A stretch of 64,000 nucleotides of DNA from the human T2T-CHM13v2.0 reference genome, Homo sapiens: the NCBI RefSeq assembly GCF_009914755.1, contig NC_060939.1; one strand, written 5' to 3'. Below, in pieces: positions 32,066 through 47,497 of the stretch (positions within the stretch are counted from its first letter, which is position 1; every line of letters starts with the position of its first letter). Position numbers and translations under genes: made by a program. Below the pieces are notes generated by a model. That model was not told the origin of the DNA and made no database searches. It saw only the letters and a program-made list of their open reading frames with translations.

Positions 32066-32436
32066 CTAACTTTAAAATTGTATAATAAAATATATATAAT
32101 AAAATTATGCTAATCCAAAAACTTCTTATGCAAAGCATGAAAACTAATTCTTATAATTAATGCACAATAATATATTTAGCTATATTTTGAGTTCATTAAA
32201 CAAAATGAATCATTATAGCACTTTCATACTATATGCAGAAAATTACATTTTGTGGAGAATATATGCATATGTACATCATATATACATAATATGTCTGTGT
32301 CACTGATCCTTCATTGAAATTGAATTATCTCAGGCAGAAAATTCACTATGAAGTTGGTGTCAGTGACACTACACAAACTGTGTTATGATATTTTATTTAT
32401 AAACAATAAAGTTCAATAAAACAACTTAAAAAAAAA

Positions 32437-32828
32437 GAACATGGTAGAAGTGACTGAGTGTGACTCTGGAGACCAGGTCCTGAAAGGCACTGTGGCTTCC
32501 TCCTTGCTTGCCCTCTCTTGTCTCTCTTGCTCTGGAGGAAGCCAGCTACCATGTCTTGAGCATGCTCAATGGCCCATGGAGACCTCTAGTCAACAGCCAC
32601 CTGGGTAACGCTGGAAGCAGACCTCCAGCCCCAGTCAACCCTTCAGATGCCTGCAGCCCTGGCCAGTGTGTCTGGACTGCAACTCGATGCAATGCTGAGA
32701 CTGAACTGCAGAGCTCAGTAACTCCCAAATTCCTGACCCTCAGAAACTTCATGAGATAATAAAAGTTTGTTATTTCAGCTGCGAGGCTTGGGAGTAACTG
32801 GTTACACGGCAGCAAATAGCTAATAAAC
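32437..32828 (+). mobile_element. MLT1F-like LTR, 3' part
   Basis: ctctggaggaagccagctaccatg...cagccccagtcaacccttcagatg...cccaaattcctgaccctcagaaac...gcagcaaatagctaa. Confidence 0.8.
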
Positions 32829-33307
32829 CCATTCCATTTCCCGTTTTTATGATCTTCTGTCATCATGTGCTTGGCACCACTCCCACTCCACTCCAGAGAA
32901 AGTCCATGCCATGAAGAAGTGAGGATGTTTTTGGACGTTCTTTTGCACAATAGCATGGTACAACTGCTCGAGCCGTTTCTGGAATATTTTCCAAGAAACT
33001 CACCTTCTTCCAAAGGATGAAGAGATCCCAAGGCTCCTCCAGGCCACAGCCTAGAGCTATTCCTGATCTTTTTCATCCCAGAGAACACTCCAAGGCTCTA
33101 AAGTAACTACAGTGAGTCGTAAATGAAAGGGAGCCATGCCCAGGGTACTGGTGCCTCTGGCTTGTTGCCTGGGGCACAGGAGCCACCTGTGAGGAGCAAC
33201 AGCAGCACCTCCAGGTTCTGAAAAAGTGGACAAAAAGGGATAAATGTGGGCCCAAGGCTAGACAGAGCAGAACAGTGGCGGCCACCATAGCAGGCTCATC
33301 TATGGGA

Positions 33308-33360
33308 GGAGCAGGGGCAGCCAGGAGCAGGGGCAGCCAGGAGCAGGGGCAGCCAGAAGC
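33308..33360. repeat. 16-bp tandem repeat (ggagcaggggcagcca) x3
   Basis: Three exact copies at 33308-33355 plus a partial copy. Confidence 0.9.
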
Positions 33361-34076
33361 ATCCACAGCCCTCCTGGAAGCCTCCATCTTGGGTGACAAG
33401 CTGTGCCTCATTTCTGAGAAGAAACGCATGCTGCTACTGACAGCGGTTGCCTCTGGGGCGGGGGACTGGGTGGCTGGCCGGGAAGGAAGACACATTTTTT
33501 ATTCTGTGTACCTGACTTTGTCTATTGAGTGTTGTTCTATGGGCATGTGTTACCTCTTTAAAGATAGATCAATTACATATATTTAAAGTTATAACTAATC
33601 AATTACTACACTCTGCTTAGGTGTTCCTAAAAAGAAGGAGTTTGTGGTTCCATAAGTTTGGGGAACTGAGCTAATGAGCCCCCTTTATGGAGTGACACCT
33701 TAATGTCTTCAGGAGCTGAGAAATTCTGTAGTAGAGGATCATGTTTAATCTGCTTAAACCTGAATTTTCCAAGTTTGTTCTACCACATAACTATTTTTTC
33801 ATAAACTCTGTATAAATAGCCCTGACTATAAATAGCTAGTTGTGTGTTTTATGCCACAAAGCTCGGGTCTGGGCCATTGACAACATAGTTCCAGTTACAC
33901 ACCCTTGGACACCAGGTGCAGGGCCAGAAGGAAGGACCTGAGGGAGGGCGGTGTGGTGTGGCCAGATGTCAGGACGGGAACTTGAAGCAATAGAGAAATT
34001 GAGAGTGTGGAAAGGGGATCTCCAGAGAGAAAATCCCCCAACCTACTCTATAATTTTCCCAACGGCAGGCCTGTGA

Positions 34077-34342
<266 letters not shown>

Positions 34343-35041
34343 TTCCTTCATTCTTAATTCACAAATTCACTAAACATACACCGTGTTTATGGCCTGGGCC
34401 TAAGTGAGGTTTGTTGTCTGCCCTCAGGAAACTCACCTCTAGTGAGGAAGATGTGCAGAAAACAGCAGCAGGAGACAGTGCAGCCCCTGTGGGCTTAGGA
34501 AAGCCTCTTCCAGAAATGGCCTATGTGCCACACCCAGAGTGTGAGCTGCACTCAGCCCAGGGGAGAAGTGTGGAGGGTGTGCCAGCTGCCCTGGGGAGCC
34601 CGGGGCTTCAAGGAGCCAAGAGCAGGCAAGTGGGGCTGGAGCCTGGTTGGGGCTGTGCTGGTGGCTGCCAGGGTCGCTGCCCACACCCGCCGTCTGTGCT
34701 CTGCTCTGGGGCTCCGGGGTTTCTGCATGTGCCAGGCACCTCACCCACTGGCTTCTGGTTAGGCCCTGTGGTAGCACCTAACATAGGAGGTGTGGCAGGA
34801 GCTCCAAAGGCAGGAGGAAGAGAGGAATGTCCGTATCACAGCATGGCAGTTGTAGCAGCAGGAGCTGGATGATTAGGGACCCCAGAAGCCTGAGCACAGG
34901 CGGCACCTTTATCAGCAGTCACAGCTCTGGCAAAGAAGATGCATCCTCCTCGATACAGAACAGCAGTGCCAGCTCCTCCCACAGCCCCTGCTTCTCCACC
35001 AGGGCAGCAGCAGGTGCTGACTCTGGGCTCTAGCCCAGTGG

Positions 35042-35405
35042 TGCAATGGGTTGAGTGTTTGTGTCCCTCCCAGTTTCATATATTGAAATCCTAACTCCTG
35101 TGGTGATGGTGTTGGGAGGTGAAGCCTTTGCTGGGGGTGATTAGGCCCTGAGAGTGAAGCCCTCATGAAGGGGATGAGTGCCCTTATGCAAGAGGCCCAA
35201 GAGAGACCCCTTGTCCCTTCTACTATGTAAGCACGCAGCAAGAAGTCACCGACTGTGAACCAGGAAGCCCTCACCAGACACTGATTCTGCTGGTACCTTG
35301 ATTTTGGGCTTCCTAGCCTCTAAAACTATGAGAAATAAATTCCTATTGTTCATAGACCACTCAGTTTATGATATTTTGTTATAGCAGCCAGAATGGACCA
35401 AGACA
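35042..35405 (+). mobile_element. MLT1A-like MaLR LTR
   Basis: tgcaatgggttgagtgtttgtgtccc...gccctcaccagacac...gagaaataaattc...ggaccaagaca. Confidence 0.88.
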
Positions 35406-35409
35406 AAGG

Positions 35410-36180
<771 letters not shown>

Positions 36181-36269
36181 AAATAGGACAATAAAGATAA
36201 AGACGAGGAAGAAGAATAGAATGAGAAAGAGGAGAGGAAGAAAATGGATAAAGTGGACCATATTAAAAT

Positions 36270-37620
<1,351 letters not shown>

Positions 37621-37624
37621 AAAT

Positions 37625-38091
37625 AAAGAGAAAAGGAAAGGGAAAGAAAAGAAGAAAGAAAAAGAAGGAAGGGAGGGAGGGAGGAAGGAAGAAGGGAGGG
37701 AGGGAGGGAAAGAGAGAAAGAGAGAGAGAGAAAGAAAGAAAAAAGAAAGAAAGGAAGGAAGGGAGAAAGAGAAAAAGAAAGAAGAAAGAAAGAAAGGGAA
37801 GGAGGGAAACAAGGAAGAAAGAAAGAAGAAAATAAAGAAGAAAAGAAAGAAAAAGAAAGGATGGAAGAAATAATGAAAAGAAAGAAAAAGAGAAAGGAAA
37901 GAAAGAGGAAAAGAGAAGAAAGGAAAGAAAAAAGAAGAAAGAAGGGAGGGAGGGAAAGAAGGAGGAGGGGAGGGATAGAGAGAGAGAGAAAGAGAGGAAA
38001 GAAAGAGAAAGAAAGAAAGGGGAAGAGAAGAGAGAAGAGAAAAGAGAGGGGAGGGGAGGGGAGGGAAGGGGAGGGGAGGGAAGGGAGAAAA
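37625..38091. repeat. About 465-bp polypurine (GA-rich) tract
   Basis: Almost purely A/G on + strand with only about six pyrimidines. Confidence 0.95.
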
Positions 38092-38296
38092 TGCAATGCC
38101 ACCACCTACCCACTAGAAAGGCTAAAATGTAAAAGACTGAATCCCAAACATAGTTGAGGATGGAGAGAAACCAGACTGCAGTGGGGAGAGTGGCTTGGCG
38201 TTATCACTTTGGAAGACAGGTGCATGACCAAAGCTGAACATGTGCTTGCCTATGACCCAGCAATTCCACCCCTAGGAATATAACCAACAGAAATAC

Positions 38297-38299
<3 letters not shown>

Positions 38300-38338
<39 letters not shown>
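38300..38338. repeat. (TG)n microsatellite
   Basis: About 19 uninterrupted TG units. Confidence 0.95.
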
Positions 38339-38339
<1 letters not shown>

Positions 38340-38372
38340 CACCAAAAGATAGGTCCTAAGAATGATCAAAGC

Positions 38373-38694
38373 AGGCCGGGCATAGTGGCTCATGGCTGTA
38401 ATCCCAGCACTTTGGGAGGCCGAGGTGGGTGGATCATGAGGTCAGGAGTTCGAGACCAGCCTGGCCAATACGGTGAAACCCCGTCTCTACTAAAAAAAAA
38501 TACAAAAATCAGCTGGGCTAGTGGCGCGTACCTGCAGTTCCAGCTACTCAGGAGGCTGAGGCAGGAGAATCACTTGAACCTGGGAGGCAGAGGTTGTGAT
38601 AAGCGAGATTGCGATGAGCCGAGATTGCGCCACTGCACTCTAGCCTGGGTGACAGAGTGAGACTCTGTCTCAAAAAAAAAGAAGAAAAAAAAAA
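38373..38694 (+). mobile_element. AluSg-like within L1M
   Basis: Alu consensus with small internal duplication of gagattgcg. Confidence 0.9.
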
Positions 38695-39102
38695 GATGAA
38701 AGCAGCACTTTGTAGTAGACAAACACTGAAAACTACCCAAATATTCATCAACAGTAGAATAGACAAATAATTGCTTTTATCCTCGTACATGAAATCTTCA
38801 TAACTACGAGTATCAACCATGCACAATCACACAGAACCACAGAGATGACTCTTAGACACAGAGAGTTGAGAGAAAGAAGCCAGGCCCTAAAGTACAGACA
38901 ATATGCGTCCATTCGTACAAAGTTCAAATAGGCAGAACTGCCACCTGGGGTTAGGGTCAGGGTGATGGTCACTCTAGGGGGTGGAGGGTAGGCCTTGGAG
39001 GGGCCCAGAGGGAGCTCTAGGGTGCTGGCCATGTGCTTTTGGCCTGGATGCTGTTACACAGATGTGTGCTTTATGTCGGGTTGTACACTTACAATTTGTG
39101 TA

Positions 39103-39403
<301 letters not shown>

Positions 39404-40728
39404 TAAGTAGTCCTGAGGCCTGTTGGCATCTACAACTTTGTGTGCTCTCCAGCCAATGCAGCTCTCCTTCGCCTTCTGCCTGCAGCTCAGCTAGTCGGGG
39501 CTCTTTACATGATGGGATCATTGAGGCTTTATTTGTGCCTTTGGTTGTTGCTGCACTTCCTCACTGACCTTTATGACCGGACAGCAGGTACTTGTAGGAA
39601 CCCCAGAGACTCCCCCTGGCTTCTGGACCTTCCTTCTGCCTTGGTGTATAGCAGCACCCAGCTTCCCCTTGGTAATCAGGGTGGACCACCCCGGATGAGA
39701 GGGCACTCAAGGCAGCAGGAACAGCACGTTTCAGGGTATGGAGCAGTAAAAGGCATGCACCTTTGGGGTAAGTCAGTGGAGCTGAAAGATGGAGCTTTGC
39801 AAGCAGCAGCGCCTGTGGCTGGCAGGGATCCAACCTCCCAGCTGTTGTTTGATGGGCACTGGGTCCCTTTCAGGATTCTAAGTCAGGAGGGACAAGGTGA
39901 GAACTCACCATGTTTTGTCAAAGATGCATGGATGGGAGATGGGGCCTGGGATCCGTGTCCTCCGCTTGCCACTGGCAATCCATGCTCCTTTGTTGCAGAG
40001 TGAGGGCTTTGAAATCTCAGAGATCTGGTCTAAACTTCCTGCTCGGCCACACCAGTTGTGTGAGCTTGAGGACATGAGTGAGCTCAGACTCCAGATTATT
40101 CAGGTGTAAAGACAAAGGTGATTGTGGGGATTAATAAGGTAATGTAAGTGACATATGGCAGAGTAGACACGGTTTGCCTTGGCTTCCTTTGGCTTATCTG
40201 GAAGTTATTTCCTCTGTAAAATGAGGTAGGCACATCGATGCTCTACGGGGTGCAAGAGGACTTAGGTGGGTCAGTCCAGTGGGGAATCATGGGCTGGCTG
40301 TGGTCTGAGGGGCAGCCCACAGGAGTCCAGGCAGAGGAGGGTCTGGAGGTGGGAGCTGCAGGAGCCCTGAGTCAGCACCACGGGGCATCTTCACCAGCTC
40401 ATCCCCAGCCTCTCCATGTATGGCCCAAAGCTGGCATTTCTGATTTCCAGACTCTGCCTCCTGGCACCCACGGTCTTTGTGGATCCCAGAGAGGCTCACC
40501 CTGGGACTCAGAAGAGGTGTGCTGTGGAGAGGAAGGAGGCCGAGGCAGCCTGGGGGAGGAGGAAAAACCCAGCATTGGGGGTGTGAAGACCCGTTTAGCT
40601 TTCAAACTGGTTCCAAAGATTTGTTCAGGAATTACTCCAGGGGAGGAGTCACCCCTCTCTTTGGGGATGTCTCTGGCGTGTTAAGAGTTTCAGGTAGGAT
40701 TTTGCTTGGGGAAAAAAGTTCTTCAATA

Positions 40729-40772
40729 TACACACACACACAGACACACACACACACACACATACACACACG
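40729..40772. repeat. (CA)n microsatellite, interrupted
   Basis: Directly visible. Confidence 0.9.
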
Positions 40773-43700
40773 CAAAAACAACCAGGGGCAAGTTAATATC
40801 TAAGCTCTCTTTCTAGTGCACATAACAGTGACCTATCACCAGTTCCTCCTGGATCCTGGGTAATCCTTTATGGACAGGGACCTTATTTTACATTGTACCC
40901 TCAGGGTACAGCCTGGTGTGGCAGGCAAGCCCTTGATGACTGTTTACTGTCCAAGCTGAACACCTGAAGGGGTCACACTACAGGCCAGGCTTGTAGACAT
41001 CCGACAAAAATCAAGAAGCCTATCTGGCCCTAAATCTGTTGCTGTTCATCCATGTCACACATATCACATGCAAACAAGGCTGCATTGAGATTCTGGAAGG
41101 CAAACACACGGCCATATGCCATCTTCTCTGGGCATAGTAAATCAGGTTCTGGGGTGCATGTATATGAGCCCCACACCTTCAGCGCCTCTCAGCACTTTCC
41201 TGGGGTCTGATCTTTCTGATCCGGATGAGTTGACTTTGCCCCAGCTACGCTGGATTAGCGCAGGGATGTGCACTTGACCAACCAAAGCCCCCTCCTCAGG
41301 AGTGCAGAACTGGCCCCAGGAGATCCTAGCTCACTTTACCGAGACATAAACTTGGGGGGATTTGGGACAGTCATTTCCCATGGCAGGGTCTGGGAGCACA
41401 GGGCATCTGTCTGCAGAGGAAGGAGCTCCAAGCCAACGCAGAGAGAGTTTGAGGTGATTCTGCTGCACCCTCCCCAGGGCTCTCTGGAGCTCCAGCGTGG
41501 CTTCCTTGTCTCAAGTTCCTCTTTCAGTGTAAAGTCAGCTAGAATTGGTGACTTGCAAAAGACCTGAATCATGCACTGACCTTTTGGCAGGCCCTCTCTT
41601 GCTCTAGAGAATCTGGCCTAAGCATGCAGACTCTGGAAATTTATCCCACAGCACGTGCATAGTTTTCGATGCGTCATTTACCCAATGAGGCTGAACCTGG
41701 AATTGGACTTCTACCTGCCCGTCCTTTCCAGGTTTTAACTATGTCCTAGCTCTCTTGACTTGAGCTGGGAAATTCCCTATGCCACTTAGACTCTGCAGCT
41801 CAGCTCAAAGGCCCTGATGTGATGCCCCCCTGAAAGCCAGGGCAATCCCACCTCTGCAATGCTGTCGCCGCCACCCTGCCATCTTCCCGAACCTCTGCTC
41901 TCAGCTTGTCTCTCCCCAGCCTGGGTCCTGAAAAGGTTCCACTGAGCACAGTGCCTGCTCCCAGCCATCTGTCTTGCCCTCAGCTGTGTGCCAGCCACAC
42001 GCTAGCCAGGCCCGGCCTGTCCTGCTCTCGCCCTGTTCCCTCCCTGGCTGATTTGAACCCCACACTCCCCTCCCCACCCAGCCAACATCTGGGGACTGCT
42101 TCTTCGGGGACCAGCCCCACTGTGTCTTGTCTGATCTCCACGTGTTTCTGCAGTGGCCCTTTCCTGGGTGACCCGTCTGCTCAGAGCAGAAACTGAGATG
42201 GGCAGGCCTGCGCCACCTTCCCCTTGGCGCCTTTCCAGTGCTGAGTGTTCTGCCTGGCACAAAGCCAGGGTTCCGCAAACGCTGGTTGAACCGAAACCCA
42301 CTGTGGTTGCCGGTTCCTGAGCTGGTCTTTCTTCTCGTTCCCATGCCCAGCTCCCAGCCACGAACTGTGGGCTGATCCTGTGGCCGGCTCCCTGTCCTGT
42401 GGCCCAGAGAGTGTCTTCGGCTGGGGATCCTGCTGTCGGGGCCCTGCTGTGCCTGCTGCCAGGGCCTCACCAGCCTGCTCTGAGCAGCTGGGCCACACTG
42501 AGCACCTGCCCTGCCCTGCTTGGCAGTCAGGAAGGACTTCCTGTTTCTGCTTCTGAAATGGACTGCCAGCTCCAGGGGGCGGCAGGGGACCGGCCCCAAC
42601 ACCCCTGCCATCCGAGTGGCACCTAGGCTGCCCGGCAGCCCTCCCTCACCCCTTCTTGTGTCTCCTGCTATGGGTGGGCTTCAGGAAACGTGCACTTAGC
42701 AGGCTGAGGCCTAAACTCAGCTATGGGCTTAGGATCCAGAGGAGGAGCCCTGGAGAGCAGCACGCAGAACCTTTTGGCTTTGAGAAGGAGGGGGATGAGG
42801 GGCAGGGGGCAGGGGCGACTGTGAGGTCCTGGGCTTGGGGACCCTAGGGAAGGAGTGGAGCAGCTTTAGGGACCCCATACAAAGGTCCCCAGGCCTCACA
42901 TGAACCGTACCTCCCCAGCACCTCCCATGATCCCCATCTCCCCACCCTGGACTAAGCACTGGGAGGGGGCTGCCGGGAGGAAAGGCCCCACTGTGGGAGA
43001 TAGGGGAGTAGGGAGTATCAAAGGGGCACAGAGAGAAGGCATTTCAGGAAGCACCTTCACCAGGACTGGCCACAAATAATCCCCAGGCAGAGTCCATTCC
43101 AGTGGTTCTCACCTGCAGACCTGTCCCTGCCTCCTGCCTTTCCCTGTGCATGCTCTGAGCCAGAAAGGACAACTAAGAGACGGTGACAGAGGGGCTTCAG
43201 GACGCCGCCTCTGTGGGGAGCTGGTGGGCTGTGGCATCCCTTAGGGGGTAACCCCACTGCCCAGACTGCTGGGCTCCAGGGAGTGGAGGGGGCAGAGGGC
43301 ACCCGCCCCCACCTCTGCACTCGGTGGTCCTAGGGCCCCCGGTCTGCAGGGTCCATTGGGGCAGCAGCTAGAAAAATGTCTGGCTACAAGGGACAGGGGC
43401 CCACCCCAGAGGCTTAGGGCAGCAGCTCGTTTTCTGCCACAGAGAGAGGTCTGGGGCAGGCAGCTGTGCACGTTCAGCTCTGCTGTTCGAGGGCCTTCCG
43501 GGGGGCCTCCCTCCTGGTGTGGTGCTCTAGACACTGGGCCGCCAGCAAGGGGTGAGGAAGGCAAAGGCCTTGCCTGCTGCGGCATTGCTGATATCAGGGA
43601 AGCAATAGATTTTCCCAGCCGACCTTGTTTAGGGTCTCAGGCCACCCAAGCTGTGAGCTAGGCTAGGAGAGTGAACGGGGCTGTCGAAATGGACTTTGAC

Positions 43701-45721
43701 CGCAGCCGCCGAACAGCACTCAGGAGTGGGCGGGATATTAGGATATTGGAGGGTTCTCCACAGTGAGAGCTCTTGTGGCTGCCACCAAACAGGGCAGGGT
43801 CTGGTGGGGGGGCAGGAGGATCAGGGACCTGGAGTCTGGCATGGGGTGGCCTGTCTAGGCAGAAGCTCTGGGGAGTCCCTGGGAAGGCCCCAAGCCCCAG
43901 GGTCAGGAGTCTCTTTTTAGGCTGAGGGGGCATCGACACCCGGGTGCAGGAGTCTGCATGGGTTGGCCGAGCACACAGGTGTGAAGGCAGCCCTTTGATG
44001 TGCCTTGATGGTGCAAGGAGAGAGCCGGGTGGTCTTGCAGTCACCAGGCTGGGGCTCCAGCCCCACGTTACAGCCTTGCTGTTGCCCTCTAGTGACCCCT
44101 TGCATCTTGGAAGTGAGGCGACATGTGGTAAACACCTGGCACCTGCAGGGACTCCCTGGGTAGCCCTCAGAGGAGGCCACGGGGTCAGCTGGGGACGCAG
44201 AGGGTGAGACAGAAGAGAAACTGGGATGGGGCTGACTTCCAGGAAGCCGGGACATCATGGGGCCCCAGCTTAGTCTGGCCCAGCTGTCAGAGGGGCTGCT
44301 GGTTCAGAGCCTGGGGCCTTCTTAGTTGAGATGCCAGTGCCGGGCGACTGGTGATAAACGTGGCCCCTATCCCAGAGCAGTGCACACCGCCTTAGGCATT
44401 GGCTATATCCTAATCTCACTAGAACACCCCTCGGCCAGCGTCCCCCTCCACCCAGCACCTCTGGGGAACACTGGGGCTTCCTAATGAGTTAATCTGCTGG
44501 GAAGGAGTCCAGAGGCAGGCACAGCGCAGAACCCCCCCCCCCGCCCCGCCCCAGCCCCCTCCACTGATGACACTGTTGACACCGCGGAGAGAGGCCTGCT
44601 CAGTGGGTCGTTGTGCTGAGAAACGAAACATTGCCTAACCCCAGGGAGAAACCACAAAAAGACAAAAACACGCAATGTCGCTGCAGCTGGGCCTGAGGGC
44701 TCAACCCAGATCCTGCTGTCTGCAAGGCGGGTGCAGCTGTTGTGTGGTTTGTGTTAAAGGCAAGAAAAAGAAGGGTGGGATCATGTTCAAATCCCCAAAA
44801 GATACCCCTCTGCCAGAGGACGAGTGGCGTTTGTTTAGGGACAGTGGGGCCTCGTTTCTTTGTCATTGAGTGGGTTAGTTCCACTCTCTGAGCAGCCCTG
44901 ACTGAGTCTCACACCTGCGCTGGGGTCCCCACTTGTTCAGAGCTGGGGCTGGAGAAGCAGCGAGTCCCTGTCCGGGACCTTGCATGCTCCCTCACGCCCT
45001 GCCCCCTCCCCCTCCAGTCGTGGGACACTGCTATATTGCCGAAGGGATCTCAGGGTACACTGGGACCTGCTCCGAGCAGCTCCCTCAGGCGTCAGAGCAG
45101 AACTGGGCAGTGAGGTGAATACAGTGATGTGCCAAGGCAGATGGCAGGGCAGAGGCCGCTGCAAAGGTGGCTCCAGAAATCAGGAGGGCTGAAAAGGAGC
45201 TGCTCTCATCCCGAAGAGGTGCATGTCATGAGTTTGCAGCTCAGGCTGGAGTCCACCATTCTTTATCCTTTATGCACAGGTCCCCCAAGGGCGTCTAGGG
45301 CCGGGGCTACTGACCGGAAGCCCTGCTCTGACTCCCCACCTTCCAGAAGGTGCTCTGATCAGGCCTGCCCGCTCCCACCCGCAGCCCAGTCTCAGATCTG
45401 CCAGTTCTCCTCAGAAGGCAAAGTTCTGGGGACTTGGGGCCACTCATGGGTTGGAGACTGAGTTGGGGGCTAGAGGCATGCTTAGGGCCCAGCCTCCATG
45501 GCAGGGCCAGGAAGTGAACCCCAGCCATCAGTGGGGCAGGAGCCAGGTGCCTCCCAGCAAAGCCCCAGCCCCAAGGGCTCCTCCTGTCCGCTGCTGCCCT
45601 CTCAGGGGCTGCCAGACCAGCTGCCCCACTCCCATGCTGCCGCCTGCCTGAACATCTCTTTTCTAGGCCCCGCCCAAACCCTGAGTCTTGGAGCCCACCT
45701 GCCATGCAGAAGCTGCACTGC

Positions 45722-45890
45722 AAACACAAATACACACACACACAAATACACACATGCACAAATACACAAATACACATGCACGAATACACACGCACATACA
45801 AATACACACACACACGCACAAATACACACATGCGCACAAGCACACACACACATGCAGGCACACACACATGCACACACGCACACACCCACA
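45722..45890. repeat. Degenerate (CA)-rich simple repeat
   Basis: cacaaatacacacac-type units. Confidence 0.9.
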
Positions 45891-46439
45891 CCGGGAGCTC
45901 CCTCCCTGGAGCCTCCCCTTCACATGGTCTCATCCTGCTTGTGCCGGCAAAGTCCTTTAAGGCCATACCTTAGTGATATGTTCTGTGTCCCTGAGGGTGG
46001 TGGCCCTGTGGTTCCTGGCTCCAGTCTGGTCTGACTGACCCCCCTGCCCTCTGCTCTCTTCAACACTTGGCACCTTAAGGCTGAAGGCCCCTGTGGAGAC
46101 AGCGGCAGTCTGTCCACCCAGATAAGGGTAGCGTTTGAGTCCAGCTGCTGCACCTGTGGCCCTAATCTCAACACATGCCGCCAGTTGCAGACCTGGGGAA
46201 CAATGCCAGTGCAGCAGGAGAATGTCACCAAATGCCTGCTTCATGACAGAGGAGGTCCTGAGGAGCTGAGTTAGGTCTTGAAAAAGTTTTGTCCCACCAC
46301 CGGGGACAAAATGGCATTGCTTTATGTGTCACTAATCCTTGGAGAGGCTCCTTAAAGATGGAAGAGACTAGGGGATCTAAACACAGCCTGGGTTGCCCAG
46401 GCCTCACTGGGACACACCCTGGTAGGAATGAGGGTGAGA

Positions 46440-47497
<1,058 letters not shown>

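Larger units (their letters stand above)
38095..39100 (+). mobile_element. Old L1M 3' fragments
   Basis: tatgacccagcaattccacccctaggaatata, caacagtagaatagacaaataa. Confidence 0.7.

Noticed and set aside
41901-42611. Longest ORF in the track (236 aa)
   Set aside because: GC-rich chance ORF with no recognisable domain and no supporting exon structure
45307-46034. 219-aa and 178-aa ORFs rich in C/V or H/T
   Set aside because: Driven by the (CA)n-like repeat; not coding
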